This document shows positions 51,182 to 64,000 of a stretch of DNA of 64,000 nucleotides, piece after piece. The stretch's first letter is position 1. Each line of letters opens with the position of its first letter. The stretch spans positions 6,255-70,254 of the forward strand of contig NZHP01000001.1 in the NCBI GenBank assembly GCA_002691465.1. The letters run 5' to 3'. The position numbers and the translations under genes were made by a program. The notes beneath the pieces were generated by a model that was not told the origin of the DNA, searched no databases, and saw only the letters and a program-made list of their open reading frames with translations. This stretch comes from Gammaproteobacteria bacterium. GTDB taxonomy: Bacteria; Pseudomonadota; Gammaproteobacteria; Steroidobacterales; UBA11654.

Positions 51182-53902
51182 ATGCGTCTCAGTAAAATCA
51201 AACTCTCAGGCTTTAAAACGTTCGTAGAACCGACAACACTTACTCTGCCGTCTAATCTTGTTGGTATCGTTGGCCCAAATGGTTGTGGCAAGTCAAATGT
51301 TATAGATGCAGTAAGATGGGTACTTGGTGAGTCTTCAGCTAAATATCTTAGAGGCGAATCAATGTCTGATGTCATTTTTAATGGTTCTGCGTCTAGAAAA
51401 CCAGTAAGCAATGCGTCAATTGAGCTCTTCTTTGATAATTCAGAAAAGAAGATTGTTGGTGAATTTGCAAAATACAATGAAATATCAACTCGAAGAGTCA
51501 TCTCTAGAGATGGTCAGTCTGAATACTATCTTAATGGAACAAAATGCAGGAGAAAGGACATCACCAACCTCTTTTTGGGTACTGGTTTAGGTCCTAGAAG
51601 TTATGCGATTGTTCAGCAGGCTATGATTTCGAGTTTGATTGAAGCAAAACCAGACGAAATGAGAGTTTTCTTGGAGGAAGCATCTGGTATATCAAAATAC
51701 AAGCAAAAAAGAAAAGAAACTGAATCTAGAATTAAAAATACCAGAGAAAACTTAAATAGACTCAATGATCTGAAAGATGAAATCGATAAGCAGATTAAAC
51801 GACTAAAGAAACAAGCGAGAGATGCTGAAAAATATAATGAATTGAAAGATAGAGAAAAAAATATTGAGGGAGAAATTATCTACTGCAAGATCACTGATAT
51901 TGATTCAAAACTCGAAAGAAATGACATGGAATCAAAATCATATAGAGAAACATATGATGATCGACTGACAAAACTGAGAAAGGTAGAAGCTGACATAGAG
52001 GAAATCCGAATTAAAAATAATGAAGTTAACGAGTCTTTTAATTTAAGACAAAAAGATCATTTTGAAATTCAGGCAAACATTGCAAGAATCGAGCAGTCCA
52101 TTGAATATGAAAAAGAATTAGAATCTCAAAAATCAATTAATGCTCAAGAAATAAAAAAAGAACTTGATCGAATCAGAGGTGAATACTCTAAAGATCGGAT
52201 TGACCTTGAACGAATTAATACTGAACTTGATTCAAAAAGTAAATCCAATGAGGCAAATAGAATTACTTTAGTTCAACTAGAGAATGACTTAATGAACACA
52301 AGTGATGAATTAATCCAAGAAGAACAGCGAAATGATGTTATCAGAGCAGAGCTCAATGATTTAAAAACTACTTATGAAGGTGAGTCTGTAAGGGTTAATT
52401 TACTAGAAAAACAATCAAGAGAACAGAATCGTCAAAAAGAAATCATTATAAACGTACATCAACTTAAAGACGGTTTCTTTTCTTTAAAGTCTACATTGGA
52501 AGACTCCCTCACAGGTTTTAGCTCTGAAACATCAAAAAAGATTGGCAAGCATATTGAGACGATTGAAGAAAAAATTATCGAATTATCATCAGAATATAAG
52601 GAGTCAGAATTAAAAATATCTGAAAATGAGGAACAACTCGCTAACTCCAAGACTATTACTGAAAGAACAAAAAAATTAATTGATGAATTGTCTGAAAAGA
52701 AAAATGAATCAGACCAAAAGAAAGTTGATTTAGCCAATCATCGGAATACACAGAGTCAAAAACTGACAAATATTAGGGAAAAAGTTCAGGAGGCAGAACT
52801 AAAAACAGAATCACTTAAAACATCTCAACAAGGACTTCAAACAGCCATATCTCGGCTTGAAGCTCAAATAACTCAGCTTAAATCTAGATCGCTTGAGTTA
52901 ACAACCAAGGAAAATCCTCAAACATCAATCAATGATGATCAAAAGTTAGAATTGGAAAGCCTTCTTAATAATAGTTTAGAAAGTGAAAAATCCTTAGATA
53001 TCGAAAGAAAAAGACAAGAAGAAATGCAATTACTTCTAAGGAATCAAGAGGTCGATAGAACAAATCTTAATGCGGCAGTTAATCAGGCAAGAGAAGACTT
53101 GGAAGGATTCAAGCTGAAACAAAAGGAATATGAAGTTAGAAAAGAATCTTTAAATGAGCAGCTCGTATCTTTGGGCACTGATTATGTATCAATTGATGAA
53201 AGTTTTTCGAGTAAAAATATTACATTAGAATCGCTATCTTCAGAGCTTGAAAAAATACTAAGAGGAATTGATCGTCTTGGAGCAATTAATCTTGCTGCCG
53301 AAGCTGAATACAAAGAAGAAAGCAACCGAATGCAAAAACTTGATGAGCAGTTCGATGATCTTAATCGTGCACTTGAAACACTTACTGGGGCAATCAAACA
53401 GATAGATGATGAATCTAAATCTAGATTCAGTGAAACGTTTAAGAAAGTCAATGAAGGACTTTCAAAGCATTTTCCTCGACTATTCGACGGCGGTAAGGCC
53501 TATCTTGAACTTGAAGATAATGATGCATTAAATGGCGGTGTATTCGTAATGGCAAGACCACCTGGAAAGAGAAATAGTAATATTCATCTTCTTTCCGGTG
53601 GTGAAAAGGCCTTAACCGCTGTAGCACTTTTATTTTCTATATTTGAGCTAAATCCTGCACCATTCTGTCTATTGGATGAGGTTGATGCACCATTGGATGA
53701 TACGAATGTAAGTAGATTCTGTGAAATTGTAAGAGAAATGAGTAGCAACGTTCAGTTTGTAGTAATTACGCATAATAAAAAAACAATGGAACTTACTAAA
53801 CAATTGATCGGAGTAACTATGAGCGAACCAGGTGTTTCAAGATTAGTTTCGGTCGATCTTGATGAAGCAATTGAACTATCGGAAACAACCGAATTGTCCT
53901 GA
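51182..53902 (+). CDS. smc: chromosome partition protein SMC, short form without recognisable hinge
   Basis: 906 aa. N-terminal head FKTF...IVGPNGCGKSNVIDAVRWVLGE, Q-loop region YAIVQQAMISSLIEAKPDEMRVFLEEASGISKYK, and C-terminal LSGGEKALTAVALLFSIFELNPAPFCLLDEVDAPLDD. The centre is continuous coiled-coil-like sequence. Confidence 0.9.
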   Translation: MRLSKIKLSGFKTFVEPTTLTLPSNLVGIVGPNGCGKSNVIDAVRWVLGESSAKYLRGESMSDVIFNGSASRKPVSNASIELFFDNSEKKIVGEFAKYNEISTRRVISRDGQSEYYLNGTKCRRKDITNLFLGTGLGPRSYAIVQQAMISSLIEAKPDEMRVFLEEASGISKYKQKRKETESRIKNTRENLNRLNDLKDEIDKQIKRLKKQARDAEKYNELKDREKNIEGEIIYCKITDIDSKLERNDMESKSYRETYDDRLTKLRKVEADIEEIRIKNNEVNESFNLRQKDHFEIQANIARIEQSIEYEKELESQKSINAQEIKKELDRIRGEYSKDRIDLERINTELDSKSKSNEANRITLVQLENDLMNTSDELIQEEQRNDVIRAELNDLKTTYEGESVRVNLLEKQSREQNRQKEIIINVHQLKDGFFSLKSTLEDSLTGFSSETSKKIGKHIETIEEKIIELSSEYKESELKISENEEQLANSKTITERTKKLIDELSEKKNESDQKKVDLANHRNTQSQKLTNIREKVQEAELKTESLKTSQQGLQTAISRLEAQITQLKSRSLELTTKENPQTSINDDQKLELESLLNNSLESEKSLDIERKRQEEMQLLLRNQEVDRTNLNAAVNQAREDLEGFKLKQKEYEVRKESLNEQLVSLGTDYVSIDESFSSKNITLESLSSELEKILRGIDRLGAINLAAEAEYKEESNRMQKLDEQFDDLNRALETLTGAIKQIDDESKSRFSETFKKVNEGLSKHFPRLFDGGKAYLELEDNDALNGGVFVMARPPGKRNSNIHLLSGGEKALTAVALLFSIFELNPAPFCLLDEVDAPLDDTNVSRFCEIVREMSSNVQFVVITHNKKTMELTKQLIGVTMSEPGVSRLVSVDLDEAIELSETTELS

Positions 53903-54372
53903 TGGATATTTTATGGATTACACTTACAACAATATTCGCTTTTCTCCTGCTGATTCTTCTTTTCAATAAGAAAGATAAAGATAAACCAAATCGTGAGATA
54001 AACATTCATGATAAAATAGTCATCAATGACATAAATAATCAAAAGATAAATACTCCAAGTAAGAGAATATCGCTGTCAGAAAATAGTATAAGCCTCAAAG
54101 AACTTATACGTATCTTCAAAAACTATGGTCTTGAATTGAATACCAGTGGAATCTTTGAGAAACAGATCAATGCTGATTCTTCATATTATGTCGCAAACTT
54201 GAATGAGCCGGGCTACTTCAAGAATGATAGAAACATAAAAGGCTTTACATTTTTCTATGTTGCTAAAAATCATATATTTGATAGACATGTTTCAGATCAA
54301 ATGGAAATAGACTCCGTAAAGATACTTAATGAGATGAATGGTGTATTCCTTGAGAATACATCACAAGAATAA
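53902..54372 (+). CDS. zipA: minimal ZipA-like cell division protein (TM anchor plus FtsZ-binding-like domain)
   Basis: 156 aa with an N-terminal TM helix (ILWITLTTIFAFLLLILLF). The C-terminal ~100 aa align by eye with the E. coli ZipA C-domain (YYVANLNEPGYF, IKGFTFFYV, GVFLEN). Occupies the smc-zipA-ligA position known from Pseudomonas. No P/Q-rich linker. Confidence 0.5.
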   Translation: MDILWITLTTIFAFLLLILLFNKKDKDKPNREINIHDKIVINDINNQKINTPSKRISLSENSISLKELIRIFKNYGLELNTSGIFEKQINADSSYYVANLNEPGYFKNDRNIKGFTFFYVAKNHIFDRHVSDQMEIDSVKILNEMNGVFLENTSQE

Positions 54373-54375
54373 TAA

Positions 54376-57194
<2,819 letters not shown>

Positions 57195-57208
<14 letters not shown>

Positions 57209-57788
57209 AAATATTGTAGAAGCATTATTACTGTCTTCAGGAGAACCGCTTTCTGCAGACAGGATTCATAAAATAATCAATTCAAAAGAATCATGTACAA
57301 AAGCGGATATACTTGAAGCAATTGACACTCTTAAGATTGATTATGAGAATAAAGAAATTGAAGTTTCGAGAGTCGCAAGCGGCTATAGGATACAAGCAAA
57401 ATCTACAATCAATGACTTTTTAAATATTATTTATGCAGATAAGACACCAAGGTATTCAAGAGCCTTAATGGAAACATTGTCCATCATTGCATATAAGCAA
57501 CCAGTAACAAGGGGCGATATAGAATCCATAAGAGGCGTATCTGTCAGTAGCAGTATTATGAGGACACTAACAGATCGCAATTGGATTAAAATTGTTGGAT
57601 ACAGAGACGTTCCCGGTAAACCGGCTATGTTTTCTACTACAAATGAATTTTTAGATTATTTTGGTTTAGAGAAACTGAGTGAATTACCAGATCTGCCAGA
57701 TATTAAAGAGCCTCAAAACTTGAGCCTAGATTTAGAACCCGACATGGCGGATGAAGTAACTCAAGTCTCATCAGAACAGTTAAACTAA
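57195..57788 (+). CDS. scpB: segregation and condensation protein B
   Basis: 197 aa. IVEALLLSSGEPLS and winged-helix region QPVTRGDIESIRGV. Overlaps scpA by 14 nt. Confidence 0.88.
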
Positions 57789-57793
57789 AATAG

Positions 57794-58525
57794 CTACTGG
57801 CAATCGATGCTTTGACCTGTAATCTTTTTGCTTTCATCTGACATCAGCCAAGTATATTTATCCATTAACTCATCTGGCTTTTTTAGTTTCATTTCATCTT
57901 CATAAGGATAAGCTTCTTTTCTCATTTTGGTCCTAGTTGCACCAGGATTGATGCAATTAAATCGAATATTTACTTGATCCTCATGTTCAGAGCTTAAGAT
58001 CTGTGACAATGCTTCTACTCCAAATTTTGAAACTGAATAAGCTCCCCAGAATGCTTTTCCTAATTTTCCAACGCCACTTGAAGTGAATATTACTGATGCA
58101 CTATCAGATTCATAAAGCGCTGGCAGAAGAGATTTAACAAGAAGAAACTGGGCCGTGAGATTGACATGAATAGTTCGAGCCCATGTTTCAGAATCATAAT
58201 GCGCTATTGGAGAGCGATCTCCAAGTATACTTGCATTCAATAATAGACCGTCTAATTTTCCGAATTCATTCATCAGGTTTTCATGAATTGCCTGATAATC
58301 GTTCCCATCAGCTTTTTCTAAATCCATGAGAGATATCATTGGTTCATTGTATTTGAGTTTGATTATTTCATCGTAAACCTGCTCAAGAGATTCAAGATTC
58401 CTTCCCAGTAATATTACTTTTGCTCCAAGGCTTGCATACCTAATTGAAGCCGCTTTGCCGATACCCTGATTTGCACCTGTAACTAAAATAATCTTATTTT
58501 TGAGTTGATAGTCAGACAATTTCAT
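57794..58525 (-). CDS. short-chain dehydrogenase/reductase, YciK-like
   Basis: 243 aa. TGANQGIG cofactor motif and YSVSK catalytic motif. The same ubiG-HAD-SDR arrangement occurs in Pseudomonas. Confidence 0.85.
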   Translation of the reverse strand: MKLSDYQLKNKIILVTGANQGIGKAASIRYASLGAKVILLGRNLESLEQVYDEIIKLKYNEPMISLMDLEKADGNDYQAIHENLMNEFGKLDGLLLNASILGDRSPIAHYDSETWARTIHVNLTAQFLLVKSLLPALYESDSASVIFTSSGVGKLGKAFWGAYSVSKFGVEALSQILSSEHEDQVNIRFNCINPGATRTKMRKEAYPYEDEMKLKKPDELMDKYTWLMSDESKKITGQSIDCQ

Positions 58526-59168
58526 TCACCTTCATTATATTGTTAATTAAGAAATCAGACTTCCAAGATGACGGATCATCATTTTCATCTCTATATCCGT
58601 ATGTACAGGCAATGGATCTTATATCTGCTGCCCTGGCTGCACTAATATCTTTTTCAGCGTCACCAACGTAATAGACATTACTTTTATTATACGAATACTC
58701 AATTTTTTCTAGTGCCTTAATCAGTGGCTCAGGGTCTGGCTTTCTTTTACTGACCTCATCACCACATACTAAAGTTTTCATTCTTCCAAGAAGATCATAT
58801 TGACTTAGCAATGGAACAGTAAAACGACTTGATTTATTGGTAACGACACCGTAATCAATCCCTCTAGAGTCTAGGCTATCTAAGAGTTGATATGCGTTAT
58901 CAAAGAGTTTACATTCTTGACCTAGAACCGACTCATAAATATCAAGGTATCGTTCATATCTATCGCCTTCAATTACTGGATCATCAGAAAACGCGAGTGA
59001 GAATATGCCCATTACTCCATTCGATACCTGAGTTCTAACCTCATCATAAGATACCATTTTCGTATTTTCTTCATTAAGAAGTATGTTTAATGCTATATAC
59101 ATATCAGGAGCGGTATCAATAAGTGTCCCATCAAGGTCAAAGAGGACAATTTTTTTATCTGTCGTCAT
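58512..59168 (-). CDS. HAD-IA hydrolase, phosphoglycolate phosphatase / MupP-like
   Basis: 218 aa. Motif I FDLDGTLIDT, VTNK, and GDAEKD motif IV. Confidence 0.85.
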   Translation of the reverse strand: MTTDKKIVLFDLDGTLIDTAPDMYIALNILLNEENTKMVSYDEVRTQVSNGVMGIFSLAFSDDPVIEGDRYERYLDIYESVLGQECKLFDNAYQLLDSLDSRGIDYGVVTNKSSRFTVPLLSQYDLLGRMKTLVCGDEVSKRKPDPEPLIKALEKIEYSYNKSNVYYVGDAEKDISAARAADIRSIACTYGYRDENDDPSSWKSDFLINNIMKVNEIV

Positions 59169-59874
59169 TGATTTTCTTAAAATGCATCATGTAATTGACA
59201 TCGACATCATCTGAGAGTGAAAACACAGTTGTGATTGGATTATAAATGACTCCAATCAACTCAATAAGTTCTAGCCCAGCTGACCTTGACCACTTTTCTA
59301 ATTCAGATGGTTTAATAAAACAGTCGAATTCATGTGTCCCTTTTGGAAGTAAATTAAGTATGTATTCAGCTCCAACAATTGCCATTACATATGACTTGAT
59401 ATTCCTATTGATAGTTGCAAAAAAAAGATCACCGCCTTTGACGACAATATCAGAACAAGCTTGTATGGTTTCCTCTGGCGATGGAACATGCTCTAGCATT
59501 TCCATACAAGTCAAAACATCAAAATTTTCATTATTAGTTAAAGCATAATCTTCGACTGTACTTTGTGAATATACGATATTCGTTAGCTCAGAATCATTTT
59601 TATGGATATTTGCAACAGCCAGACCTTTTTCTGCCATGTCTATTCCATGTACATTAGATGCCACGCTGGCTAATGATTCGGTGAGTATTCCTCCTCCGCA
59701 TCCAACGTCAATGGCAGTTTTTCCCTCAAGATTGGAGTTTGCTCGAATGTATTCAAAACGAAGTGGATTGAGTTTGTGTAGGGGCGCAAAGCTTCCATGT
59801 GGATTCCACCATTCCTTGGCTAAATCATTAAACTTCTGCACTTCTTCTGAGCTGATATTTTCTCTTTGACTCAT
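59155..59874 (-). CDS. ubiG: ubiquinone biosynthesis O-methyltransferase
   Basis: 239 aa. FNDLAKEWWNPHGSFAPLHKLNPLR and SAM motif DVGCGGGILTE. Confidence 0.9.
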   Translation of the reverse strand: MSQRENISSEEVQKFNDLAKEWWNPHGSFAPLHKLNPLRFEYIRANSNLEGKTAIDVGCGGGILTESLASVASNVHGIDMAEKGLAVANIHKNDSELTNIVYSQSTVEDYALTNNENFDVLTCMEMLEHVPSPEETIQACSDIVVKGGDLFFATINRNIKSYVMAIVGAEYILNLLPKGTHEFDCFIKPSELEKWSRSAGLELIELIGVIYNPITTVFSLSDDVDVNYMMHFKKINDDR

Positions 59875-60016
59875 TGGTGATAAATCCTTATTTAATAGGG
59901 TTTTAAAACGTAAAAAACCTCAATGATGTGTTAAAATTATACATAGATATCGCTACATATACCTCAGTATTGATTAGCTAAAATATAATTTTCGTAAAAA
60001 AGAATAAATTAGTGCC

Positions 60017-62545
60017 ATGACAGATAAAGTTTCTCAGATCAATTTAGAAGATGAAATGAAGAAATCCTATCTGGATTATGCAATGAGTGTCATTATCGGA
60101 CGAGCTTTGCCTGATGTCAGAGATGGATTAAAGCCAGTACACAGAAGAGTACTCTATGCCATGAAGGTACTTGGTAATGATCACACAAAAGCTTATAAAA
60201 AATCAGCAAGAATTGTTGGTGACGTAATAGGTAAATACCATCCTCATGGTGACAGTGCTGTATATGAAACCATTGTAAGGATGGCACAAGATTTCTCACT
60301 TCGATATACCCTTGTTGATGGCCAAGGAAATTTTGGTTCAATCGATGGCGATCGTGCAGCTGCTATGCGATATACAGAAGTCAGAATGGAAAAAATTACA
60401 CAAGAACTCCTTGCTGATATTGATAAAGATACAGTTGAGTTCATTCCTAATTACGATGAGTCTGAATGGGAACCATCTGTCCTTCCAACGAGATTACCAA
60501 ATCTTTTAATTAACGGTTCTGCAGGAATTGCAGTGGGTATGGCTACCAATATTCCTCCACATAATCTTAAGGAAATCATAGACGGCTGTTTATTTATCTT
60601 AGATAACGATCAAGCTACCATTGATGATCTTATAAAACTCATACCTGCGCCTGATTTCCCTACGGCTGCAACTATCCATGGTATCGATGGCATTAAGCAA
60701 GCTTATGAAACAGGAAGAGGGAAACTTTATGTCAGGGCAAAAACCTTAATTGAAGAAAACGGAGATCGTGAATCGATCATCATTTCTGAGCTTCCATACC
60801 AAGTCAATAAAGCACGTTTGATCGAGAAAATTGCTGAGCTGGTCAGAGATAAGAAAATGGAAGGTATTTCTGAAATTCGAGATGAATCAGATAAAGACGG
60901 ACTCAGAATTGCCATAGATCTTAAGAGAGGAACGGTTTCAGATGTTCTTTTGAATAATTTGTATAAACAAACAGTACTAGAGAGCACTTTCTCAATCAAC
61001 ATGGTTGCTTTATCAAATGGTCAACCGCAATTGATGAATCTTAAAAGCATGCTCGATGCTTTCCTTGGTCATAGGCGCGATGTTGTTACCAAGAGGACAA
61101 TTTATCAACTCAACCGGTCCATCAATAGAGCGCATATACTAGAAGGTCAAACAATAGCACTGACAAATATTGATGAAATGATTGCTATCATTAAAAAATC
61201 AAAGACACCAGCTGAGGCTCAAAATGCATTGGTAGCAAAACTATGGAAGGTGGGTAAAGTCAAAGAGATGATCAAGAAAGCAGGTAATGTTTCTACTGTT
61301 CCGAAACATCTTATAAATATCGAAACGTTCGGTATTGAAAAACGAGGCTACAGATTATCTTCAGAACAAGCCAAGGCCATTCTTGATTTAAAACTTAATC
61401 GATTAACTGGGCTCGAACAAGAAAGCATATTTAACGAATACTCTGAGTTACTTGAAGATATCAAACGATTCACTCTTATTCTCTCTAATCCAGATGAGTT
61501 GAAGTCTGTCATACGGAATGAACTTATTGAAACTCAGGAAACATATGGTGATGAACGCAGGACAGAAATAGTTGAATTTTACTCAGACCTTACTGATGAA
61601 GATCTTATACCTGAAGAAGATCTTATTGTCACCTTATCAAAAGAGGGTTATGCAAAAACTCAGCCACTCGATACTTATCAAGCACAGAATCGAGGCGGAA
61701 CAGGTAAACGGGCCGCATCCTTAAAAGACGAGGACTTCGTTTCGAAATTATTTGTAGCAAATACTCATGACACATTATTGTGTTTCTCAAGCTATGGGAA
61801 AGTTTATTGGATTAAGGTTTATCGACTTCCTAGAGGAGGTCGTAATGCAAAAGGTCGCCCAATTGTCAATCTGTTACCACTTGAAAAGGATGAACGAATT
61901 CAGGCTGTTCTTCCGGTGAAAGAATTCAATGATGATCAATTTATCTTTATGGCGACTGAGTCAGGCAGTGTTAAGAAAACAAAATTATCTGCCTACTCTA
62001 GGCCAATGAAATCAGGTATTAAAGCAATCAAACTTAGAGATGGCGACAGAGTGGTTAATGCAGAGATCACAGATGGCTCAAAAGAGATTATGCTTTTCTC
62101 AAATTCAGGTAAATCAATTCGTTTCAAAGAAAGCGATGCAAGGCCGATGGGACGTGTTTCACAAGGCGTAAGAGGGATGAGAATTGAAAAAGATCAAAAA
62201 ATAATCTCACTCCTTGTCCTTGGAGAGGGAAATATTCTTGTTGCAACCGAAAATGGTTATGGCAAACAAACTTCAAAAGATGAATTCTCAACCCAGAAGA
62301 GAGGCGGTAAGGGTGTTATCGCAATCCAAACATCAAAAAGAAATGGAAATCTGATCGGAGCAAATCAAGTCAGTCTTGGTGATGAAGTCATGTTCATCAG
62401 TACTGCTGGAAATCTCATTCGTACCCGAACAGACGATATATCAATAATTGGAAGAAATACCCAAGGCGTGAGGGTCATCAGATTATCTGAAGATGACAAC
62501 TTATTAGGTATGGAAAAAGTCATCAGTGAAGATGATGAAGAATAA
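60017..62545 (+). CDS. gyrA: DNA gyrase subunit A
   Basis: 842 aa. [14 protein letters not shown], active-site AAMRYTE tyrosine, and C-terminal beta-pinwheel repeats. Confidence 0.98.
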   Translation: MTDKVSQINLEDEMKKSYLDYAMSVIIGRALPDVRDGLKPVHRRVLYAMKVLGNDHTKAYKKSARIVGDVIGKYHPHGDSAVYETIVRMAQDFSLRYTLVDGQGNFGSIDGDRAAAMRYTEVRMEKITQELLADIDKDTVEFIPNYDESEWEPSVLPTRLPNLLINGSAGIAVGMATNIPPHNLKEIIDGCLFILDNDQATIDDLIKLIPAPDFPTAATIHGIDGIKQAYETGRGKLYVRAKTLIEENGDRESIIISELPYQVNKARLIEKIAELVRDKKMEGISEIRDESDKDGLRIAIDLKRGTVSDVLLNNLYKQTVLESTFSINMVALSNGQPQLMNLKSMLDAFLGHRRDVVTKRTIYQLNRSINRAHILEGQTIALTNIDEMIAIIKKSKTPAEAQNALVAKLWKVGKVKEMIKKAGNVSTVPKHLINIETFGIEKRGYRLSSEQAKAILDLKLNRLTGLEQESIFNEYSELLEDIKRFTLILSNPDELKSVIRNELIETQETYGDERRTEIVEFYSDLTDEDLIPEEDLIVTLSKEGYAKTQPLDTYQAQNRGGTGKRAASLKDEDFVSKLFVANTHDTLLCFSSYGKVYWIKVYRLPRGGRNAKGRPIVNLLPLEKDERIQAVLPVKEFNDDQFIFMATESGSVKKTKLSAYSRPMKSGIKAIKLRDGDRVVNAEITDGSKEIMLFSNSGKSIRFKESDARPMGRVSQGVRGMRIEKDQKIISLLVLGEGNILVATENGYGKQTSKDEFSTQKRGGKGVIAIQTSKRNGNLIGANQVSLGDEVMFISTAGNLIRTRTDDISIIGRNTQGVRVIRLSEDDNLLGMEKVISEDDEE

Positions 62546-62547
62546 AT

Positions 62548-63624
62548 ATGCAAAACGAGATATTCAATTTTTCAGCAGGTCCTGCATTAATACCTAAATC
62601 GGTTATAGAAAAAATACATCTTGGTCTTGATGACTTCCATCGCGGTATGTCAATTGTTGAAGTCTCACACAGAAGTCATGCTTTTAAGGAGTTTGCACAA
62701 TACTCAGAATCCTCTTTAAGGAATTTATTGAGTGTGAGTGATGAATATTCAATACTATTTCTTCAAGGTGGAGCAACAAATCAGTTTGCTTTAATACCTA
62801 TGAACTTCTCGCGAAATGGTGTACTTGATTATCTTGTAACTGGTGCCTGGTCAAAAAAAGCCAGTGACTATGCAAGCAAAATTGCCAATGTAAATATAGT
62901 ATCTGACTCTTCTTATAATAATTTTACAAATGTTGCTGAGTCTAAAACATGGAATATTTCAAATGATCCAGATTATTTCTTTTACTGTGCAAATGAAACA
63001 GTCCATGGATTGGAGATTCATGATCCGATAGTTAGTAACTCACCGGTTATATGTGATATGTCATCAACTATTGCATCACGACCAATTGATATAGATAAAT
63101 ATGACTTAATTTTTGCTGGAGCTCAAAAGAATCTTGGCATAGCTGGATTAACCATTATCATTGTAAAAAATAAACTTCTGTCTGATTCAAACAAGCAACT
63201 GCTACCAATGTTTGATTACTCAGCTCATGCCGAAGAGGCATCTATGTTAAACACATCACCAGTTTTTTCATGGTATGTGTCAGGCTTAGTTTTTGATTGG
63301 ATAACTGAACAAGGTGGTGTTGAGAAGATGGCAAAACTCAATAAGGAGAAATCTGATCTTTTGTATAATTATATAGACCGATCTAGTTTTTACTCTAATC
63401 CAGTATCAAAGCCATACAGATCATGGATGAATATACCATTTATCTTGGCTAGGCATGATCTAGAAGACAAATTTATTCAATCTGCTGAAGAAGTAGGGCT
63501 TTTCAATCTTAAGGGACATAGAACCGTTGGAGGAATGCGTGCAAGTGTGTACAATGCGATGCCAATTGAAGGAATTAAGAAATTAATTGCTTTTATGGAT
63601 GAATTTGCAAAATTACACGAATGA
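62548..63624 (+). CDS. serC: phosphoserine aminotransferase
   Basis: 358 aa. FNFSAGPA, FLQGGAT and the PLP-lysine context FAGAQKNLG. Confidence 0.95.
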   Translation: MQNEIFNFSAGPALIPKSVIEKIHLGLDDFHRGMSIVEVSHRSHAFKEFAQYSESSLRNLLSVSDEYSILFLQGGATNQFALIPMNFSRNGVLDYLVTGAWSKKASDYASKIANVNIVSDSSYNNFTNVAESKTWNISNDPDYFFYCANETVHGLEIHDPIVSNSPVICDMSSTIASRPIDIDKYDLIFAGAQKNLGIAGLTIIIVKNKLLSDSNKQLLPMFDYSAHAEEASMLNTSPVFSWYVSGLVFDWITEQGGVEKMAKLNKEKSDLLYNYIDRSSFYSNPVSKPYRSWMNIPFILARHDLEDKFIQSAEEVGLFNLKGHRTVGGMRASVYNAMPIEGIKKLIAFMDEFAKLHE

Positions 63625-63625
63625 A

Positions 63626-64000
63626 ATGTACAAAGTCCTAAAACTAAATAACATTGCTGAGGAAGGTCTAAACATATTCGACTCAGATGAATATCATTGT
63701 GGGAAGGATGTAACTAATCCAGATGCTATCATACTTCGCTCCTTTGATATGCATGATATGGATATACCAAGAGATCTTAAAGCAGTTGGAAGAGCTGGTT
63801 CAGGAGTTAACAACATACCTATTGAAAAGTATACTGAACAAGCAATTCCAGTCTTCAATGCACCCGGAGCAAACTCTAATGCCGTCAAAGAGCTTGTTTT
63901 AGCATCTATCCTAATCTCTGCAAGAAATATACATAGTGCTATAAAATATGTTGAGTCAGCTAAGGATTCGGATAACCTTAAGACCCATATCGAAGAGGGT
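63626..64000 (+). CDS. serA: D-isomer-specific 2-hydroxyacid dehydrogenase, probably D-3-phosphoglycerate dehydrogenase (5' partial, runs off window)
   Basis: ATG at 63626, 1 nt after the serC stop, open to the window end (125 codons): MYKVLKLNNIAEEGL...LKAVGRAGSGVNNIP...VFNAPGANSNAVKELV. Not listed in the ORF track because it has no stop. Confidence 0.75.
   Translation, partial: MYKVLKLNNIAEEGLNIFDSDEYHCGKDVTNPDAIILRSFDMHDMDIPRDLKAVGRAGSGVNNIPIEKYTEQAIPVFNAPGANSNAVKELVLASILISARNIHSAIKYVESAKDSDNLKTHIEEG

Overview
The window is a visibly AT-rich, very gene-dense stretch of chromosomal core from a Gammaproteobacteria-like genome. Intergenic DNA is minimal, and many genes overlap or abut by 0-26 nt. 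Gene order matches conserved gammaproteobacterial blocks: prc; aguBA; ssrA/smpB/ratA/bamE/nadK; hrcA-grpE-dnaK-dnaJ; carAB-greA-rlmE-ftsH-glmM-tpiA-secG-tRNA-Leu; a 14-gene nuoA-N complex I operon; tRNA-fMet-rimP-nusA-infB-rbfA-truB-rpsO-pnp; dksA; queF; smc-zipA-ligA-scpAB; SDR-HAD-ubiG; gyrA-serC-serA. RNA genes are one tmRNA (tag ANDNYALAA), tRNA-Leu(GAG) and an initiator-type tRNA-Met. I found no rRNA, CRISPR array, transposase, integrase, phage gene or recognisable defence gene. I do not see a convincing novel multi-gene system, and most of the window is ordinary housekeeping. Six items stand out. (1) The SMC protein is only 906 aa and has no recognisable hinge domain. (2) A secreted Met/His-rich, chelatase-like protein sits between smpB and ssrA. 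(3) The mature 3' end of ssrA lies 12 nt from the aguA start codon. (4) An MFS transporter carries an 18-His C-terminal tail and is coupled to an orphan ORF. (5) A translationally coupled lipoprotein pair lies upstream of prc. (6) DksA lacks three of the four zinc-finger cysteines. All functional calls come from reading the translations by eye; no database search was run.
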